Part shown: in pieces, positions 25,801 through 40,800 of the stretch
How the letters are laid out: each line of letters starts with the position of its first letter
Numbering within the stretch: the stretch's first letter is position 1
The notes under the pieces: generated by a model
Databases searched by the model: none
What the model saw: the letters and a program-made list of their open reading frames with translations, nothing else
What the model was told of the DNA's origin: nothing
Made by a program: the position numbers and the translations under genes
Assembly (NCBI GenBank): GCA_903813345.2
Contig: CAIIXF020000001.1
Coordinates: 3,162,001 to 3,226,000 of the forward strand
Direction: 5' to 3'
Origin: Owenia fusiformis
Lineage: Eukaryota
Length of the DNA: 64,000 nucleotides

Positions 25801-28800
25801 AATGCAAAATATAGTCAGACAGACAATCTTAGTTTCAATTAAACAGATAAAATCAATATGTCATACTAATAAACTTTCCAAAAGCTGATAAATGAGTAGA
25901 TAATCTGTTGTAAACTTCAAAAATATCAAAATCTAATATTTTTGTTGACCCCTGTTAAACCCCTCAATAATAAAGAAACGGTAATGTTGACAGGTCCTCA
26001 ACAGATGAAAATGTATATAGGAATATATGTTTTATCATTTAAACATCAAAACAATTGGCGGATCAACAAAAAACAAGATGATGTTAAAAGAAAATGAACT
26101 GTAAATGGAATCATTGTTTTTAATCATTTTGAATGCACAATATAATCAGACAGACGATTTTATTTTCAATTAAACAGATAAGATCAAAACGTCATACTAA
26201 TTAGAAAATGGCAACTTCACGGAGTAGCGAATCCCAACGAACACCATATAAATCATCAATATGTACAGTCACAATGTAATATTTACCATCTACTCTTTCC
26301 TTCAATAAATATTTTAGATCATTGTAACCATACTTTAAAGATGACTCTAAGTAATGGCGAATTTCTGCTCTAGTCGGATATTTTGAATTTTCAGAGGCAC
26401 AAATCCGAAAAACACTGCCATAATTGTGATCTACTCTGAAATTCCTTCAATTTGAGTATAATATAGCCATACTTTTAAGAGATCAGAAAATAATTGCAAA
26501 ATCCCGCATTAGACAGCCATTTTGAATTTTTGAGGCCCGAATCAGAAAAACGCTACAATATTTGCAATCTACTCTAAATTGCCTTTCATTTGAGTATAAT
26601 AAAGCTACACTTCAAAAACATCTCAAAATTAATGCAAATTTGTGTTTTCCCAACCCAATTACGGCCCCTGGGCATCAGGGTGAAAAATCCAGGAAATATG
26701 TGAAATAGATAGATATCGTTGATATACTACCAATATTTCAAATAATTATGTTTCTTATTTTGGTTTAAAATGAAAAACATAAGATTTTTGCGAAAAATTC
26801 CCGCCATTTTTAAACTGGCGGCCATCTTGAAAATTTTTTGTTGCGTATAACTATTCACCAATATACATCTTTCCACCTAATATGAAGAAAATCTGTCTAT
26901 TAGTATTCAAGTTATCTTCCGGACAGACGGACGGATTGACTGACTGACGGACTGACGGATGGAGGGCTTCACTCTATCCCTACTGAGCTTCGTTCGATGG
27001 GATAATAAACTTTCCAAAAGCCGATTAATGAGTAGATAATCTGTTGTAAACTTCAAAAATATCAAAATCTAATATTTTTGTTGACCCCTGTTAAACCCCT
27101 CAATAATAAGTAAACGGTAATGTTGACAGGTCCTCAACAGGTGAAAATGTATGTAGTAATATATGTTTTATCATTTAAACATATCAAAACAATTGGCGGA
27201 TCAACAAAAACAAGATGATGTTAAAAGAAAGTGAACTAAATGGAACCATTATTTTTAATCATTTTGAATGTAAAATATAATCAGACAAACGATCTTATTT
27301 TCAATTAAACAGATAAAATCAATAGGTCATACTAATAAGCTTCCCAAAAACCGATTCATTAGTAGATAATCCGTTGTAAACTTCAAAAATATCAAAATCT
27401 AATATTTTTTATTTTTGTGGACCCCTATCACACCCCTCATAATAAGTAAATGGTAATGTTGACAAGTGCTCAACAAGTGAAAACGTATGCAGGAATATAT
27501 GTTTCATCATTTGAACTCATCAAAACAATTGCAGGATGAACAGGAGGAAACAGCTTAATTAAGGCTTATCTGAAAAATTCCTTTATCCCTACAAGTGAAA
27601 GATTGCAATAAAAATAAATAAAAAACATACCTATTTCACAGTCAAGTCCAACAAAACCTTTAGGGCAGTCACACTCATAAGTGAGTAGAAGGTCACGACA
27701 GGTGCCGCCATGGAAGCATGGATCACTAGCACAGTAGTCAATATCTGAACAAAAGCATATAATGTTAAAGATTCAATCAGTTAGGCGTCCCTCATTTATT
27801 TATTCATAATGATGGCGAGCAGAGATATATATTGTATATTTGCATGATGTTACAAAGGAGCAAACAGAGCTATTCTCACACATGATTTAAATATTAGCCT
27901 ATTTTAAGGATATAAGATAGCAAGCTTAATCTTCTTACCTCCATCACATGTTCCCCCAGTGAAACCAGGCATACAGTCACATGAAAAGCTTGCTATCATA
28001 TTATGACAAGTTCCACCATTCCTGCATGGCTTTTCAGCACACTCATCAATATCTGCAATAAAAAGGACATATTCTCTAGATTATTTATATTTCGAATGAT
28101 TCACAATTACCAGATAATACTGTGCATGATGTTAACAGCTGAAACACATGACTGGTTTTGGGCAAATATGATATTTTTTGCTTAGAAATGGAATCAGATA
28201 AAATACCTAAAGATCATTTCAAGATATTTCAAAATAGTTATCTAAAATCAACTCAAAGAACAAAATCCTTAAAATCTTTTGCTTTTTAGTAATATAATTA
28301 ATAAACTGTAATAAACTGTTTCAACAGCATTAATCAACTAACATTTATTAAGGTCTTTGTTAATATATTCTTAAGATTACTCAATATCAATTTTAGGGTT
28401 ATCTATATCCATATATTTTTGATGTTTATTATATCTACATACAACCTTCTGCATTTTATGCAATTTACTAATAGTCTCAAGAAAATAAATAATTGAGAAA
28501 ATATCAAAAAGTATAAATAGTAGCTTCTGACTTCATGTACATGTATGAAGATATACCTTGTTCACAGTCCTTCCCTGCATAACCTCGTTGGCAGGCGCAT
28601 CTATAGTCCTTCTCCATATCTATACAAGTACCATTATGCCTGCATGGGTACGGGAAACAGTCATCCTCAAGATCTTGAAACACACATATGTAATCCAAAC
28701 TACTTGACATAGAAATTTACAAATAACAAGCATTAACGTGAAAATGTCACGACTGGGTTGAAAATGGTTACATGAAAGTCATACAGTTTAGTTACTTACT

Positions 28801-31800
28801 GCTGACCACAAATTTCACTTTCGGCTATAACAGTATGTCACCACTTCTTTGTTGAAATTTTCCTATTTAAATTGTCTTATTTTACCTTTTTCACATTGTG
28901 GTCCACTGAAGCCTTCTCTACATGCGCAGTAAAATCTATCTGGCAAATTCTCACAAGTTGCACCATTGAGGCATGGATCACTTTCACACTCATCAATATC
29001 TAATTTTGCAAAGAAAAGCTGCTTACATATCATTAAAACATTTTTATAATCAAACAATATAAAAATAAAAAAACTAGTCTTCTGTAATGCGATTGATTAT
29101 GAATACACACATTGATTAGCTACATGTATGTTTGAACTAATAATGAACATATTCACACACAAAATTAGCTCAACTGTCCTTAAGAATCCAGAGTGGGTTA
29201 TTAAAGGTCGTATTGTTTATCTAACAGTAAAATATGACATATACAGTATTTACCAATATTGCATGTTGATCCTAAAAACCCTTGAGTGCAATTACAGGTG
29301 AATTTTCCTACGAGATCTATACAGGTTGCATTATTGAGACAAGGGCCTGAAGCACACTCATCAGTCTCTGTAAGAAAATGTGCATTCCTTGAGTCCAAAA
29401 TCACAAAATGATACATTAATAGAAGTTCAATGTAGGTTTATTATATGCAACCATTCCTAAACTACATGTTTGGTTTTCACTTTTTCCACAAAACCAAGAA
29501 ATAGTATTTGATTAAAACATTACTGAGGGTGTTCAATGGGCAATAGACCCCTAAAGGAGGCAAAACAGAGAATAAAAACACAAAACAATACTAAAGAAAG
29601 ATAATATTACACATCTGTAGGATCAATATTACAGAGACTATTGTTTTAAAGATAGTACAGACCTGCTTCACAGTTTTTGCCAGAGTACCCACGTGGGCAG
29701 CTACAGCTATAGTCACCAACCAAGTCCCTACACCTGGCACCTCTCTGGCATTTATTTGGTACACAGTCATTAATATCTAAAATGAAGTGTATTTCCATGT
29801 AAATCTTGCCGTATATTTCACTACAGTACCTGTATTGTATATCAAACAAAAATATAAACAAAAAGCCATACTTTCAATTCACTGAATGTTCTTTGACCAA
29901 TTAAATGAAGAGTATTCAAAATACAGTACTAAGAAATATCTATAATCAAACAATTTGTACATCTTGTCAGGCAATACTTACAGAACGATCCCAAAAAAGA
30001 ACTGCTCAAAAGTTAAATAATGTCTTGATCATCTATATAACAGTATCATTTTTGTAAAAATTATGCACACACTGTATATATACATGTATATTTCATTTTT
30101 CATATTGAAATTTTCAAAACTATACGTCTTAAGAAAATAGTTTCACCTTTATCATCTATAGATTCTAGTTTGAAAATAAGGTAGATAGCAGGGATAGTAA
30201 AAAGAAATTATTGCAATTTTGGCCGATTTTGTTTTTTAGGAGCACTCCTGTATTTGATGTAATTTGTTATTCAGACTTTAATTTACTAATTCTTTCATAG
30301 CGATCATATAACTGTATAATATTCCTGTAATAACATGTGTAAAAGGCTGATATGTTTCATGCTTTTTAAAAATCAAATATTTGAACTGCCCTTTATCCTA
30401 TTATAACATTTAATAGCCTATTATTTGCTCAAAAGTAATTTCATCAATATATTGCCTTATATTTTTTAATATTTCTACAATTCATATTCATTTGTATTCA
30501 GACTTACTAGTTTCACAGTGTTTCCCAGTGTACCCTTTAATACACTGACAGGTGTAAGACCCCGTTCTGCTCACACAGGTAGCCTTATTTCTACATGGAT
30601 TAGATTTTCTGTTGCCAAGGCTATCCTGGGTACAAAGGTCAATTGCGTCCATAGCTAAATTAAAATAAAGGATCTGGTTTATCAAAACAAGTCTATGAAT
30701 ATACATCATACACAGGCAGCTAGCTACAGGGGAAACTGAAAAAAAACTGTATTTCAATCTTTAATAGAGACAACTGAATCATATCACAAAACTTAAACTG
30801 TATATAATTTATAAGCAAAGTTTCAACATCAAGACATTTCCAGAAATGTATAATCAAAAGACATTCACCTTCTGGCAATAAAACACTGTGATACAGTGAC
30901 TTTGCTTGGAGGTATCATAGCTAAGGTTCATGTACACAGCAATATGTATTGGCACACTCAGCAATATGATCACCTCAACCTAGATCCCAAAATGCTCATG
31001 GTATGATGAGGTGAGGGAGAAACCCATGGCAAAACCCTTGTAGGACATGAAAAGGTTCTACTTACGTATTTCACATTTTAGTCCTCCCCATTGTGATGTA
31101 CATGTACACTTAAAGTTTCCTGGTAAATCTTGGCACTGACCACGATTTAGACATGGGTTAGGTGAGCATTCATTAGCAACATCTAATAACATGGAGTAAT
31201 ATGTTAGTGAATGTAATCACAACTTATATAATTTGACTCATAATAAACAAGTTGTATCAGTGTATAACTCATGTTAAAGTTAAAGTGTAAAACTTGCTAA
31301 AAAGTCGTATAATGTAAAACTCATATTACAGAAAGTGTAAGAGTGTTAAACTCAACAATCAACAATGTATAACAGTGTAAAAGTTTTAACTAGTGTACAT
31401 GTAAAAGGGCCTTACCTCTTTCACAGTGAGTACCAGAGACACCTGGAGGGCAATCACAAGTATACCTGTTTACCCCATCAACACACTTTGCACCATTTTG
31501 ACATGGGTTACTGCGACATTCTTGGACATCTAGAAAATCCAGACTTGAAAATGACTTGATCCAAATACAATGTGTTAATGTCAAAGATTTGTATTCATGA
31601 AGCTATGAATTTAATATTTTGAACACATTCTCTTTAAAGGAATATTCCTTGCCAGACCCTTTCTCTCTTGATATGGTAGCTATAATCATATATATAGTTT
31701 CCATATTTAGCAAAACATGGGAAAATGTTTAATATGGTCAATATTGATCATTTAAAAATCTAGTGCTTGCCCTTATAAAAAATTCAACCTTGAAAGTCCG

Positions 31801-34800
31801 AATTTAAACCGTTGCACAATCATTGATCCGATCATTTATGCAACCATGTCAACCGTTACAATGCAACCATTACAATTTTGGTTGTAAACTCATTGAAAAT
31901 TTTCAATCATATGTAACCATTGTAAACGCTTGACAATTTTGATTGAATTTCTTGCAACCGTTTCAATCGATTGCAACCCTTTAAACCTATGGCAATATTA
32001 TCTCAATACAACATAAAATAATTATATTGCTCTTTAAAATATATATTTCAAATGTATGTATTTCATGCATACATGTCAGAATTTAAATTTTTTTGATCAA
32101 AAAGATATTTAAAGTATTGAAATAGTTTAGTAAACTTGTCTTGTGAATGAAAATATATTGAACCAATTTCCATCTAACCTTGAAGGATGGTGATTGTCCC
32201 ACTCACATGTATATTATCTAGATAACAGCAATGCTAAGGCATAGCAAATCCCCTCGCTGTCATGACAATCATTTTTACAAAATCCCTTCACTGCTTTTTA
32301 AGTTATTGCAAAAACATTTGAAATAATTTTGATTGGGTCAAGTCTTGAATTTTACAAATTCAGACACTTATACTTCACCTTCACCTGAGTAATTATCACA
32401 ATTATAAAGGAGGGAAGATCTGTCTGGAAGAAATCCTTCAATCAGAAAATAATCTGTTTATTGATTTGATATTTTTGATTTGATAGAGAAAATGCAATCA
32501 GACATTACAGGATGTGTTTAAATAATTAAGTCAATAAGCATAACTTAAAAAATTCTGATTACAGAAAGTCTCAGTCTCTTTAGTTTGACAAGAGTCTGCT
32601 TTGAAGGATGTGTCTAAAGAAACTTTATTAATCCATTAATCCATAAACAAAACAAAACAAAAATAATTCGGCAAGGCAAAACAAACCTTATAACAGAGAG
32701 ACTCTCAGTTTGATTAGAGTCTGCTATAAAGGAAGCATCCTATGTAATTTAATTATTCCATACACAAAACATGATAAATAATTTGCCAAAGAAAATTTCC
32801 TATATTTTCTTCCAGATTTTTCCAAGTTGAGAGTTTTGAAAAATAAGCCCTGTTTTTTTTTATTTTTTAATCATTGACACATATTATTTAAACTGAAAAC
32901 AAGTTTCAGTACAAATGCTATGCCCTAGTGAATACAGTGAAGCCATGAACTTTCAATTTATTGAATGCCCATGGTAAAAAGAACTAAATAAAAATGAAAT
33001 AAAAAATTCTGAAATTAGTATTTGCAGTTTCATATATTTGCTATTTGAGATTTCTCAGCACTTATTAAAGTAATTCAATAAAGAAATAAACCCTCAAAAA
33101 TCTGAAAACCCTTTTTAAATTTCCCCCCCCCCCCTCTGCATGAAATAGAGAAAAAAAATATATATAGTATAACACAATATGAAAATAAATATAACAGAAA
33201 CTAGGAATATGAACCCTATTTCTGGTCAAGCATTTTAATTAGCTGTTCAACCGTTTTAATTAGCTGTTCAACCGTTTTAATTAGCTGTTCAACCGTTTTA
33301 ATTGGCTGTTTAAGCATTCTGATTTGCCTAAACCCATGAGAATATCAACATGTAGTAGATATTGTTGTGTTGAGCATTGTTATTAAACATATTTGCCAAG
33401 AAAGAACATGGTAATTAAATCTGTTGAGAATAATGTGAATCAAAATCGTTCTCTTGTTTGTATTTTTTAAATTTTAGTGAGCCATACATTTGATATTAGG
33501 TGTTAACTACACATGTATGGATACATTTGAAGACCCATTTTGCTGTGGGGGGGGGGGCTGGCTACTGGCCTGTTCATTGTATATAAACTTTTGTGGGGGT
33601 CCTAAGCTAAACCCTCTGATATCAATATGTTCCCATACCGATCTATCATACTGCATCAATATGATCCCATACCAATCTATTTGTATATCATGGGTGTAGC
33701 AATAATTCATCTACCTTGTCTAAATTTTACTGAAATTATTAATTCAGATGTTTTCCAGTTGAAATTATATGTTTGTATTATTTTGTACATCATATCCTGC
33801 TTCTTTTGATCATCAGTCTGATCATGAACAAAAACCATTGTGTCTCATCTTGTGATTTTGTTAAGTTTAAAGGAAATCTTAAGATGTTCCTTGGTCAATT
33901 TCTTAATCAAATTAGAATTTTGCTCAATTCTTTTCATAATTAACATAATTTTGGCAATATCTGATAAAGGGAAATAAACACTAAATATGGTACTTTTAAT
34001 TTGTGTAAATAATGTAAATGACAGAGAACATAAATTATCATATGCCATTGAGTGGAAAACTAGTCTGGTATCGCATTCCTAAATTCGTACTGGAGAAAGA
34101 AACATATTAACATGAATTAAGTTATTTACTATAATAAACATGCATGTATGCTTGCAGAAAGAATATCCTAATATACTATTGTTTAATAGAGGTCGGTTCG
34201 AATCCTTACTTAAAGATAATTTTAATTCAGGTAAAATGATAATTTATTGGAACGATACTAATTCAGGATGGTTGCAGGGGTTGAACTATGTAATCATTGA
34301 ACAAAACAAATTGCAACCATTTACATTTCAATGTGAAATGGTTGCAGTTTACAATGATTGCAGATTACAATGATTGTATTGAAACGGTTGCGCAGTCGTT
34401 GAAAAAGAGTTGACTTCGCTTGGTTGAACACAATGGTTGCACAATGATTGCTTATCATCGTACAATGGTTTTTCCTTTGATCTTGGTAGTTGAAACAATC
34501 ATTATTCAATGATTGGTGGAAACGGTTTAAATTCGGACTTTCAAGGTTGAATTTTTTATAAGGGTATTTCCAGTGAGCTGCCATCTTTTAAGATTTCTTG
34601 CAGGAAGTGATGTCATCAACTCTCAACTTCTATAACCTTGCCCATAACAGTATAGGAAAGTAGCACAAAATCACTTCTAGACAAGTGATCATTACTTTCC
34701 GTGCAAAAATATTTTCAGGGCTTGTCAACTTAGAATAAAGAAGAGATTTTCAGAAGGATTAAATAAGATACAAAGTTGAAAAAGAATATTTAGCTGGTTT

Positions 34801-37800
34801 TGCAATTCTTAATAGCTCCTCACCTAATGCTATATGCAAAGTTGAGAGTCGATGACATCACTTCCTGTGTGAAATTTTAAAAGATGGCAGCTTTACTGGA
34901 ATTGAGCATCACATTTCTAAGTGATCAAATTGGACCATATCAAAACATTTTTGCGTTTTTTGCTAAACATGGCAAGCATATATATGGTTATAGCTACCAT
35001 ATGAGGAGAGAGATGGTTTGGGAGTCCTGGGAGTAGATGACTTTTCACCCAAGTGAATATGTTTTGATATTCAACTGTCCGAAATGGCACCCAAAGGTTC
35101 ACATTCTAATCAAAAGAAGCAAAAGTAGCTCCATAATTATTTGGTATTACTTGGTATCAGAGATTTTCCTTAACTTTCCCTCCATGGTCTTACAAGCCTT
35201 ATATCACATCACATAACATTCAAAATAGCAGAAAATAGTAAGTTACGTAGATTCCTCTATGATCCTATAAGCTTTATATGGAACTATCACATTGATTACC
35301 ATGTGACCAAATACCATCTCTGAACTTTGGGGAATCCCCCTCTGCATTTTAATAGGTTTTCTTATATCACATGTTTAATAAAGCACTTGGATTAAATTCA
35401 TATGGCACAACAATTAAAAAAGTGTCTTTACAATTCCTTATCAGTACAATAACTACATGTCACTAAACAAAAAATATGGTACATGACAAAAGAATACTGT
35501 AAGTAACACCACTGTATGTAACACTGCTGTCCTCGTTATATTTTCAAATTCTGTTCAAAATATCTGTTTTCTTTGATGATGGAAAATGGTATATTGTGGC
35601 AAAACGTGATTTCAATTGATCTAAATTAGTATTTTATACAATACCTGGGTACAAGAGATTAATACTTGCACAGAATTAGCGCTGATGGGGTTGCATGAAA
35701 TGAGAACTAAGCGATTAAAGAGTTGGTACGTCTGTCATTTTGGCAATGGAATGTGACATCCCCATTGTCCCATTGTCAGGAGGTTCCTGTGTGATCTTGC
35801 TGTTCACATCCAAAAGATGAGTAAAAGCATTTCATTGTTGCCAAAAAACAATTGATAGAATGACTTAAGGCTGCCCATCGTTGAGGCTACTAACAGCAAA
35901 TGATGAACTTACATGTATTTTCCTTGCCCATTAATATCAAATGAAAATATGTTTCTTACTTGAAGAACAAGTTGTTCCTGAATATCCAGGGACACAGGTG
36001 CAGGTAAACTTCCCTTCTGTATTTTGACATTTTGCACCATTCAGACACTTTCCAAGAAGACATTCATTCACATCTACAATATAAATATTCATCGTTTGAC
36101 TTCGCTTCTTAAAAGAAAGCTTCACTCTCAATTTACAATGAATATCTGAACTCGCCAAGCCTATCAAAGTTTGTTGTCGAATTAAGGATGACTTTCTATA
36201 TTTGATCATTTCCTCTGATGTCATTGCATAGTTAATGAGCATTGATTTAGCACATACTTCTCTCAGCTTGGTTGAAATTGGTTGAGAAAAGGTCAGCACA
36301 GTAGAATAGATTTAAAATAATTTATGACCTTGGGTGTCACGGGCATAGGTCATGGGGGCAGAGCTGCTTAACTGTAATAAAGTCTTTACTAGGTAGAGGG
36401 TAGTTTATAACTAGACTCTGCGTACAGGATATACGAGGGGTGATTCAAAAGTAATGGACAAACTTTTATAGGCATACTAAATTTCACCCAATCAGGCTAA
36501 TTTTTTCACAGTGAATAGATCAATCAATTCTCTACTTTGTGTCGAATTCTCATATAAATGCATTTGAAATTGTTTCAGCTATGCGTAACCATGGTAACAA
36601 GGGTAAGCATGGGTGGAATTGGTTTTTTAATGATAATTGAATGTTTTTGTCATTTTTGCTTGATTTCGTTTTGATGACTCAATTACCACACATGATATGT
36701 CTAACAAGCATGGTAATGTAATTGTCAAGCAAGACTCACATGCCCATGTGTTTGCTGTTGAGTTCTAAATTCAGCAACCAATTGTGCTATGACATCACAA
36801 TGATATTTCTAAGACAGGCACTTCAAAAGAAAAGGAAAGACACAAGAGACAATCGTTTGTTACACATGGACAATGCCCCAGTACACAGGTCCAAGCTAGT
36901 TCAGGATTCTCTTGCAGCATTCATGGACATGCCTCAACTTCCACATGCTCCATATAGCCCTGATACTGCTCCTTGTGATTTCTATCTTTTTCCCACCCTT
37001 AAGATGGCATTAAAGGGACAATCCTTTCAGACATTAGCTGAGCTGGAAATGGCTGTACAAAAACAGCTGAACACCATGGCTGCTGATGGATTTGGGCATG
37101 TGTTCTCTGCATGGGTGCGCCGACAGAAGAAAGTAATTGAACTTGGAGGAGAATACATTGAGGATTGAATATACAAGTAATTCAAATGGATGATCATCAG
37201 GAATAATAAGGAATGATATGGATCATTATTGAACTTACTGCGATATGCTTTTCATATACATCTTGCATTGCAAAATATATTGCACCAGCAAACTTTTCAT
37301 TGAAAATCCATTTGTTATTATGATGAAAATAGCTTTAAAATGGATTCCGGGTGTATGCACCATGATCCAAGAGAAGTGCTCTATCTCAAAATGTATTTGC
37401 ATTTAGTTAATAAAATTTTAACATCTAATAGATAATTGATTAATCTTTATTTGTACAAATCTGGTAAAGGTAAGCGTGCCTATAAAATTTTGTCCATTAC
37501 TTTTGAATCACCCCTCGTATAAACATCACCTTGGTAAAATCATTTTGATATGAAATTAAAATTTGTTTAAATGAAGTTGACTCCCCATATGATCCAAACA
37601 ATGTATTTACAAGTATACATTTCTTATAAAATCAACTAATGATATGATAGTTATTGTACCTTTCTCACATAGTTTGCCCTCCCAAGCAGCTGAACATGAA
37701 CAGGTAAAGCTGTTAACACCATCTTTACACCGTGCTCGATTTTTGCAGGGATTCGGTAGACAGTCATTGATATCTGAAAAACATATTTATATAATTATAT

Positions 37801-40800
37801 ACCTCCCTGCAAGTGCAATATTTAAGGATTTAAGACTATATATTTTTCACAAAGATTGAACAAAGGAGACACTATGACATATCTTATGTGCTTCTTAAAT
37901 GTTTTAGCATTTTTTTGAAAAAAAATGAAAAAAAATGTTTTTCTATGTTTATCTTTTCTAAATATGCTAAACTTTTAAAATAAACCATTGTTAACCCTTT
38001 GAGTGCCGGGGGTTTTTGGAATTGTTATGACGTCAAAATGCCACAGAATTACGACTAATATTGATGAAAAATGTCGATTTTTATGTTTTTGCCACTCCAT
38101 GATATTTCTTCTACTGGTATCTATCTTGATGATATTGCAAGTGTTAAAATGCTTTATTCTCACTTTTAGTTACTATGGTAACATGTTGAACGTCACTTAA
38201 TCAATACATATTTCAGTTCTTAGAGGGGTTTTATAGCTAAAATTAACATTGGAAATATCGCACGATTGAAAGAAAAAAACTTTGAAAACTAAACGTAATT
38301 ACTTTTAATAATGGCAATTATTGTTTCTTGCGCAACACATTTGGCGTAGCTTATTAAATATTTTAAGACAATAATTCAAATTAAAATATGATACAAATAT
38401 TTATCCTCTTTCTTTTATTATTCCTTCTTTCAAATTAAAGAAATTGAGCATATACGAACAATACACATGCTATGCACAAAAACAATGAATAAATATACAA
38501 TATCAGGATAATTCAAATTCATACAAATTCAGGATAACTTTAATTGGCTGAACATTTGTGATGTGTATAATGAACCATGGTTTAATTATGAAAGCCTTCT
38601 TGTATTGTACTTGTTTGTATAAATCGTAAACGTGAAGCTAGTACCATGCGAAACAAGTGACCAACAAAAGCCACATCTTATACATTACGTTATAAACGAA
38701 TCATGTCAATATGCTAGTCTGTTAGTATTTTCAGCACACATGGTGTCTGCAACAGTCCAAGTGAAGACCCTTGGCACACTTGGCGAATGCATTACGGAAT
38801 TTACGCCTCCTGCCTGCATCTTTATCACTCCAAATACAAACGCACCAGTCCTTTTCCCGCGTTCCAGGAAGATTCAGGACCCTCACGATCGGCTGGTCAA
38901 TGATGGATATCTACAACTAGGGAGGCGATGAAGGCCATGTGAAAGTCTAACCTTGAAAGCAGAGCTGCATTGTTTTCATTAGAAATTTTATTAGCATTGA
39001 GCAACATTCTCTGTATGATGTACACTTTCACTTTCTTCATGCTGGATATCTAGGGAGGCGATGACGGCCAGGTGAAAGTCTAACCTTACAAGCGGGGCTG
39101 GTTTTTTCCTTATAACTTTAAAAATAATCAATACTGCACTAATCCATTTTTATTTTCTGTTGAAAGTATACTGTGTGATATCTCAAACGTACTCAGACAA
39201 CCAATTTTACTTTGGATAAACAATATTCCAAATCAGCCTATAGCATTAAGTGATTTAAATGACTGATATCTCAAACGTACTCAGTCAACCAATTATACTT
39301 TTGATAAATTATTTAAATGACTGATTTGTTAATTACGAAAATAGATCGAACATAGTCTGATTCCATCCATCACCTGGTATGAATGAAAAAGTCATTTTTA
39401 TATCGTCCATGCTTCAACGTAGTGTAATACTTAAAATGATCAACACTGCTTTGCGCTAAACGCCGATCTCAAACGTACTCAGACAACCAATTTTACTTTG
39501 GGTAAACAATATTCAAAATTAGCCCATAGCATTAAATGATTTAAATGACTGATTGTTTTAATTATGACAATAGGCCGAACATAATCTGATTCCATCGTTT
39601 ATCAAGAAGATGTATCAATTATTAGTCAGTTAGTATGGCCAAAAGCATTGTCAACTATATTTCGAGATAATGTTTGCGATATGAAATCTGTGAAAGATTC
39701 AGTTAAAACAAAAGATTTTTCCTTGGGGGAGATAAGGGTAGTTACGGAAAATAGTAGAATGTTTGTCATTATCCACAAAAAAAACTTTAATAGTATCGTC
39801 CTAAAATGTTTTCTGCAATGAGGTACATGAAGGCATGCAGTTGATTATGCAAGTATTATAGAACCAAATACATGAAATAAAGTTTTCTTTGCGTGCAACT
39901 GCAACAGAGGTTTCAAGAATTTCTTGATAATATGAGTTTATTTCTCCATGTATTTGAATGAAGTTTGTTTGATGTACAAATCTTTCCTCGCCCAATGTTG
40001 AAGTACATTTGTACATTTTCAGATGGAAAAAGAATATCCCCGCTATTCTATAATACGAATTAAGGTGTAATAAATAGAAATGAACAAATATGTCAGCATT
40101 TTTCAATCTACGTGGATTCTGTAAAAGAACACGTAAGGTACGGTTTCAAAGTATACTGAAAAGGATATCTGCGTATACATTGATACATGCGCGGCCTTGA
40201 CAGAACAAACCTACTAACCCACATACGTGGGCTACTAACCTAGATACGTCTAGCTAATTTGCATAAAGTTGTAGCAGTCTGAATCCACTTTTTTGCTCGA
40301 AACTCGCTGTATAAAAAATGGAATTTATTAGTCTTTAACTCTGCCGTTGATTGACAGACTTCGAAAAAATAATACCATGGCTTTGCTCGGAAGTATAGCT
40401 TTCCGATGGTTCCACTTTTGTAATGACCAAATTGCGAGAAAATGGAGGAAATGGAGAGTAAAGGTGATTTCTCGAATGCCAAGTTTCACTTAAGAAATGC
40501 TGCGTTCTGATTGGCCGACTTTCTTGCAGTCCCAATCCACTTTAGCTCTCCAAACTCACGTTTTACAGAAATGACACTTATCGGTCTTTTCTCCGCCATT
40601 TTTCGATCGATTTCTAAAAGCATAATGTCATAGTGAAGCTTACATTGCCAGTTTCCAGATGGTATCACTTTTGAAGCGATCCACGTGCGAAAAGAAGGTA
40701 AAATTTGAGTGGGAAAAAGTTTCTCGATAATCGAAGATTCACTTTAGAAATACTGAGGAATCTGGCATTCTGATTGGTCAGTTTTCCTGCATTCTCAAGC

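Larger units (their letters stand above)
31636..35045. mobile_element. Older foldback/MITE whose left arm is split by the CMC-like element
   Basis: 31640-31769 joined to 34565-34630 is approximately the reverse complement of 34835-35040. Confidence 0.6.
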
